A stretch of 64,000 nt of DNA from Balanoglossus misakiensis (taxonomy: Eukaryota > Animalia > Hemichordata), in NCBI GenBank assembly GCA_040954595.2, contig CM082587.2, positions 1,387,500 through 1,451,499 on the forward strand, read 5' to 3'. The position numbers and the translations under genes are program-made. Below, in pieces: positions 57,429 through 64,000 of this stretch. The notes under the pieces are model-generated. The model made no database searches and had not been told where the DNA came from. It saw nothing but the letters and a program-made list of their open reading frames with translations. Each line of letters starts with the position of its first letter. The first letter of the stretch is position 1.

Positions 57429-60400
57429 CTGTAAAAATGCAAAAAATACAAGAATCATGAAATCCGGTGGTTTAGTATAAGAGGCTTGACACGATCTCAA
57501 ATGACCCGTCTTCAAGGTCAGGAGGGTTTGTCAGTGGTCAAAGTGACACAGACACAGTGCTATAAGCCCACATCTTATAATTATTGCCTTCTTTTCGCTG
57601 GCGTACTCATTACTGTGTAAAATTCATAATGAACCTTTTGATATTTATGATATTAATGCATGATTTATAGCTTTATCTGAGGAACCAGAAACAACTTCGA
57701 TTGCCAAAACGCAATAAACAATACATGTAAATGTTTAAACAAGGCACCGGTTTTGCATATAACCATAGAACATGAAACTTGAAAAATATCCTGAAAGGAT
57801 TATCTTTCCCTGGACAAAATGCACGTTTTGGGAGAGAGCCAATATTTCTGAAATTAAATACTACCTGATAAAATTTGACATCCATATGTTTACAATCATA
57901 AGGAAGTCTGCATATATGTGTGTTTGCATAATGATATGTGAGCTATCAAAGAATTGAAATCTCCCCAAGATAGGCCAATCTCCCATAATGCATTGATATA
58001 ATCAGTCAAATTTATGATAGTGACAGGAACTTCCTGTGTTGTACTATTTACATGACATCAATTTTCCACAATATGTTTTACTAATATCTATAACTTTTCA
58101 TAAGTTAGCTTACACACATCAAGTGTGTGTACATCAACACTGAAATTTGTTTAAAATTGAAATTTCATGTGAACTGCAACACCTGGGTTGAAATAAAACA
58201 GTCATAAAATCACATGAATAGCAATAACGTTTTTAAAAAGATTAAAAATTGCATTGGCTTATTAGTCATGTTTTGTTGAGTCACTACATATTACAAAATA
58301 GTTTTCTATGAAAAAATAATATTCTTAAGTTACACCATTCATACTTCTGTGGTCACAGAATACTTAACATTTTATTTTCAGGATGTAAGTTACAAATTCT
58401 TTATTCATGGTTACTTAGAATTCCACACAATCCAAGTCATAGTCTGCAAATTCAGATTGATGCGGTGAAGGTTAAAACAGGCAACACAAGAACAGTCATT
58501 CTGTGATTATTATTTTTAAAAATGACAATTAAAAGTGAGTCATCAGCAGTGACATACTAAACCTGCACATGTCCAGTACACTCGTAAATTTGAATCATGT
58601 ATGCCGAAACCGTGAGAATGGAAATAATTGTCAAGACTACGCTAAAATTGTGATGTACGTTACATCAAACAGAAATTGAACATTGTGCTGGCATGGGGAA
58701 TTAAGAAAAATAGTTGAAATGTCATAATCATGCATGCACTCCCATTACTTGTATCCAAGTTCTACATTTATGTAAGGGTTGGGTGGGATAGGGTGTGGTT
58801 GGAAGAATCAACTTTTTTGTATTATTAATTAAGGGCATGCTACCCTGATGATGAATCACACAGAATTCACGACGACTTCTGAAATGATATTGTAGATATT
58901 TTTTGACCAACTTCCATACATTGAGATATATGTAATTCATTGTCTGATCACAGCTAGGCTCACAAATCGCAAGTCTGCAAAAGCTGTTAACACAAGCAAA
59001 ATATGCACAAGAGACTCCTGAAAATCTATCCAAAACTTCATTATTTCCAGTTTCTAACACTACTCGGTGTATATATACCATTTGGGTGTTACCAGGTTCT
59101 ATTTACACACCAATTACAAACACCATGAGATCTCCCGCCAAGTCTTCAGTGTTATTCCCAAGATATCAAATTACATCAATTTGAAACCCCATCAGAAATC
59201 TACGGCCACACCAAAGAAATTTCCTGTTTACCAACAAATGCAGTTATATACGCTATAAAAGACTGACAGCTAGAAGTTACGATGGAACAGATTGTCATGC
59301 CAAAATACAGCTATACACAAGAATGAACTCAGCTTTATTTATAATTATAGACTTATTTCATACCTATATTTACATACAACACAACGACATATCTGAAATG
59401 TGGGCTGCAGATAAGAGATGATAGGTTATTGCAAAACATACTGACAACTTTTTCAGTGCTACTTTAGGTCAGTCAGGGTCACCCTTTTGAAGCTCCACAG
59501 GGGGTCAGCATGGTTTTGATTTTCATACCAACTGTGAAGTGCAACAGGAATATGAGAAATGTAGAAAATTTGCCATTCTGCACTTCAAGCACTAGTGTTC
59601 AGTAATTCCAGTTGTATGTTAAATCATATCCGCGAGTGTCGACCGTACCCAATCCCAACGGAGGCCTAAAAAAACCCAGTCTTGCATCATGTGCAGATCC
59701 ATCCGCACATTCTGGTGAAAACTATCGCAGTTCATATTTCAGGAACTATATGCCAACTTCCTCCTTCACTTCCTCACAAATTTTCATTCAGTTGTTTCCT
59801 TATCTCTTGCGTGCAGGAGGGTTTGAACTTGACCCCTGACCTTACAACCCTGATCAAGGGACAGGGTCATTCTTATATTAATAGTACAGTTGGACTTGAT
59901 GGAGCACATTTGATATTGATGGAGATCTCGAGTTTCACAAATTCTCCTTTCTGTCTTCTGAGTCATGCCAATTGAGAAAGCGAAATAGATACATGAGTCA
60001 TAGATTTGCCAAATTTAAAATGGCCGTAATTTCTTGAAAATACAAGCAACATTATTGAGAGTGAATCTAACAGCTTGTACACAGCATTGATCATCATTGA
60101 AAACCATTCTTAGCAATTCTACGAGTATTCAAATTATATAATGATTCAATTGATTTTATGCTGGACTAAACATTGCATGATTTATCTGAAGAAAACATCC
60201 ATCTACAAGGTTACCATAGTAACGAAATTAAGAGACCAGTTACACTATACACAATCTACTGACGGCTTCCTTCAATTTTAACCAGTAACAATACTATATA
60301 CTACATGTAGCTGTCTTTGACCAAGGCTTATCTCGTACCACACACACACTTTCTAACAGGAAATATTGCCTTGCACAGACGAGACGAATTTTACAGCACT

Positions 60401-60439
60401 GAATCTGTAAAATAAATTAATTTCGTCTGCGTCACTTAC

Positions 60440-60457
60440 ATATGGATGACTCTCCAT
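60440..60457 (-). CDS. Candidate first coding exon of the RGL gene (MESHPY)
   Basis: ATG GAG AGT CAT CCA TAT followed by consensus donor GTAAGT; phase 0 matches the acceptor at 57428; CRE TGACGTCA at about 60588. Confidence 0.45.
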
Positions 60458-61119
60458 ATGTCAGCTACATCTGACTTACAGAACCTGATAGTCCCACTAA
60501 AACCTACCATATTCTTCTGCAATTTTTACCTCCGATCAGCTATGCAGCACCACCGATATTTCCACAACTCAGCACGTAAGCTGACAGTGACGTCAAATTA
60601 TCACCTGGTCGTCAACATTCAGGTTCATAGAAAGGGCAAGGTGTTGGTTAAACACCTTTGATATTGACCCTGCCATTGAATCCCATGGCCAGCTTGTCTT
60701 GATTTAACTTAATTACCATTGTCTGATGCATCTTGGGATTATATGGGCACACATCTTGATCAAGTTGATGACAGCTGCACTGACTGATGGGATACCCTTA
60801 TCAAACGCAGTCGATTTTTATTGACTAAGCAGAGAGTAAATATGGCCTGAGTGCTAATTTATTTTCAAGGGGCGTGTTTTTATCTTTACGGCAATATATA
60901 CATATCTCAATGGAAATGTCAATATGGTTGTTACTTGCCAGGGTCCTCTGGGGATTGGCACCAAGGTAAAAAAGCTTCTTGGTGGTGAACGATATGATGG
61001 CCTTACAAATAGAGCTCTTTCCTGGCAGATTTCAAATTATGATAGCAGCTGTGGTCATGGTCTTTGGATAACGAAGTTTACTGTCAGTGGTGTTTGTACG
61101 AGCATGTGTATTTTTTTTT

Positions 61120-61190
61120 TGTGTGTGTGTGCATGTCTGTCTGTGTGTGTGTGTCTGTGTGTGTTTGTGTGAGTGCATGTGTGTGTGCAG
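61120..61190. repeat. Imperfect (TG)n microsatellite
   Basis: Directly visible. Confidence 0.9.
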
Positions 61191-64000
61191 CCATCTGCAA
61201 TGTCATCCCCGGTATATACTCATTCCAACAACAAACATCGACTGATCAACCATGCATCACATAGTCATTCAACAGACGACAATAGGCATTTGAAAAGAAC
61301 TCTCAGAAGCATGCCAAAATATAAAAGACACCGGTTGTTGAATCGAGAGCAAAGAAGATCTATTGATCCAATGCAGACAGCTATACACCCCTAAGTCTGG
61401 ATTTACCCAAAAGTTTACAAAGAAGACAAACAAAAACTGAAACTCTTTAGAGTGAATTTTCGAAACAGAAATATATTTTGGCTAGGCATATCAATTTGAT
61501 AAGAAGGGGGTGATTGGCAAATCTGTTTAAAACTTGTGCTGTATTTTCGTTTTACATTTTAGAACCATCCTTCTAATCCCCAAATTAGAAAACATCTCCA
61601 CTGGTATGGATTTAGCAGCTGCTATTTTTACATTTCTGCTTTCTCTGGTTATTTTTAGACTCAAGGAAATTAAAACAAAAGCTGCTAATAAGATTATTTT
61701 TGAATGGATTTTTATTTTAGGATAAGGCAGGAAGTCACTTAAAAATTAGATTCAGATCTGAATAATGTAACTTAAGCTCACTTTTTATAATTGTTCAGTC
61801 AGTAGATGTCAAAACTAATATTGAAATCTTGTTGTTAATCAAATTTCTATGCATCTTGTACGTACATGTAGGTTGGAAATAGCTGTTTTATGAAATTTGG
61901 ATAACACTTGAAAATTCAAATGCAACTGACATATAATCAATAATCACGTCAAAAGCATAGACTTCTCAGTGTTTAGTTATTTACTCGAATATAGCTGTGA
62001 GCGTTTCGCTGTCAAAGTTGACAGAAACTATGCATCAGCAAATGTCAGCGATGTCCTTGGAAGCAGATTGCTCCTGGCACCGAGCAGAAGAGCGGCAACA
62101 ACCAATGAATCACATCAACCGAGTGTATCTGGTTACATTCCCAGTATTAGTGTCAGGAAAATGCTGGCACTTTAAAAATACATAAAACATCACAACAAAT
62201 TCCATGCCCTTCAGGGTTTGACATCATGCCAGCCGTAAAAATTAATACGCAACTCATATTACACGATCTCCAGGTCGTGCTTTGACACATTTATTCCCAG
62301 TATGCTGTGACTGGCACTATCCTGCGGGTATCCACGGCGACCACCCGAGCCAGGCACGAAAATCAACAACGCCACAGAAAGTAACCTTAGTTTCAAGTCC
62401 CACCAAAGGGTATTTTGATATAAATATGCATCTTTCGTCATCTGTGAAAACATTGTTTATCTACCATAAAAATTAATGTGCATTTTATGCTTTTATTTTT
62501 CTTACATAAAACTTATTGACAATCTGTCATGCATGTCACTTGCTGTACTGCTTACATCATGTGAAACCATTACCACATAACAGATGTGTACACACTACTT
62601 TTAAACAATTATTTCAGACCATTTAGAGAGGGAACTATACAAGTGACGGCATCACCGAAACTCTTTTGAATGTGAACAACAAAGGGGACATCAATTACTG
62701 CGTAAAATTCACCCTACATCACATGGGAGGTCCCCAATTTTACAGCCTTCCAGGAATTTTGAAAATGCTTTCTCATCTGCTTGCTGACAAATCTGATATG
62801 TCCATCAAAGCACTGACAAACCATGCAATGTAAGAGAATTGATCAAGTTATTGTTGAAAAAACAAATTGCTGAAAAACTTTACGTTTACAAAACAAGTAT
62901 GAAACATAATGAATGGAACATGTTATGATGTTAAAGAAAAACAAACTGAGGAATACATGTCAAAAGACACACCCCCTCAGAACATCAACACTCACAAACT
63001 ATCAAGAAACACTCTATTTTTTACCAAAAATACATGTACATACCACTGGTTTGTACACTGGCTTCATCGATAGGGCCTTAGGCTCTTCCTTCTTGAAAAT
63101 CACGCGGAAAGTTTGTCGAAGTTTGTGGCAGAGCGTTCTGTAGGGTGAAAACTTGACCCCTTGTTGTACCATAATAAAGCTGGACTGTTCGCTCTCACCC
63201 ACAACTGGAATTTCACATGTTCAGCAACACAGAGACTTCCAAATTCGCAGTAAAATCTTGAGGTGAACGTCTGAATTAAAAATCTTCTACTAAGCAGATC
63301 TCAAAACCACAGCAAGGAAGTACAAGACGAGGGAACTACACCAGTGAATCTGAGTAATTAGGTTTTTCCTGTCATGTGAATACGGATCCATGCATGATGC
63401 ATATAGATATACTTGTTGGCCGTAAATGAACAGGACACGGTCTAATAGCGGTGACTGTATTCAAATAAGCAACCTCCTGAATGGGTGACATCACAAAAAA
63501 CCCTTCCCTCGCAAATAACCTTTGACCACCGACTTCCCATATACGGCAACATGTCTCATTATGGATGGTTTGGCCCCCATGCGCACAAGTCATGGGAAAG
63601 AACCAAAGTGGTACAAAACACTTATTGTGTGACTTCAGGAGACTGAGTTTCTGAAACGCAACCATGATGAAGTGAAAGAACTGGTCACAGATGTAAAAAA
63701 AGAAACAAGTGTAAACAGCTGCTGTTTTGAGCAAAAGAAGCAATTTTTATCATTTCATAAATAACTGTAATATGCGATACACATTGGTATTGAACTGGAG
63801 AAATCACAAAATTCACAGGTACAAATGAAAACTCTTTTCATTTTCAATGCTTACATTTTCTGATTTCCTTCACAATTTTCAATACTAAACTGAGTATATA
63901 TATAACTCAATGACACAGCATTCCGCTCGAACCAAAATGATCATGAACCTTGTCACAAAATCAGGCCACAGCCAATACCCCTGCAGGCTAACTCTATCTT

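Noticed and set aside
62259-62453. Alternative first exon of RGL
   Set aside because: Weak donor, and the frame that would splice in phase 0 contains a stop with no ATG after it.

Overview
AT-rich, intron-dense eukaryotic genomic DNA from an animal, most likely a marine invertebrate deuterostome such as a hemichordate (inferred from gene content and repeat style; not verified). The ORF track mostly shows single exons or noise, so genes were assembled by hand from GT-AG boundaries and reading phase. In order: (1) 3' part of GNL1 (+); (2) about 10 kb of mostly non-coding DNA; (3) a two-exon gene for a 73-aa secreted Cys-rich prepropeptide that I do not recognise (+); (4) a 43-exon, about 2,980-aa GRL101/LGR-type GPCR with a huge mosaic ectodomain (5 C-type lectin-like, 4 F5/8C discoidin, PAN, 2 EGF, 3 CUB, 7 LDLa, only 4 LRR, plus one unassigned domain) (+); (5) a TRAF2/3-like gene (-) convergent with it; (6) peroxiredoxin 6 (+); (7) a RalGDS/RGL-family GEF (-). 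Several TTAA-flanked MITEs, hairpin elements and micro/minisatellites are present. Best candidates for something new are the giant lectin/discoidin-decorated GPCR and the orphan disulfide peptide just upstream of it, both inside a block of genes whose vertebrate homologues map to the MHC paralogon. I saw no rRNA, tRNA or CRISPR array.
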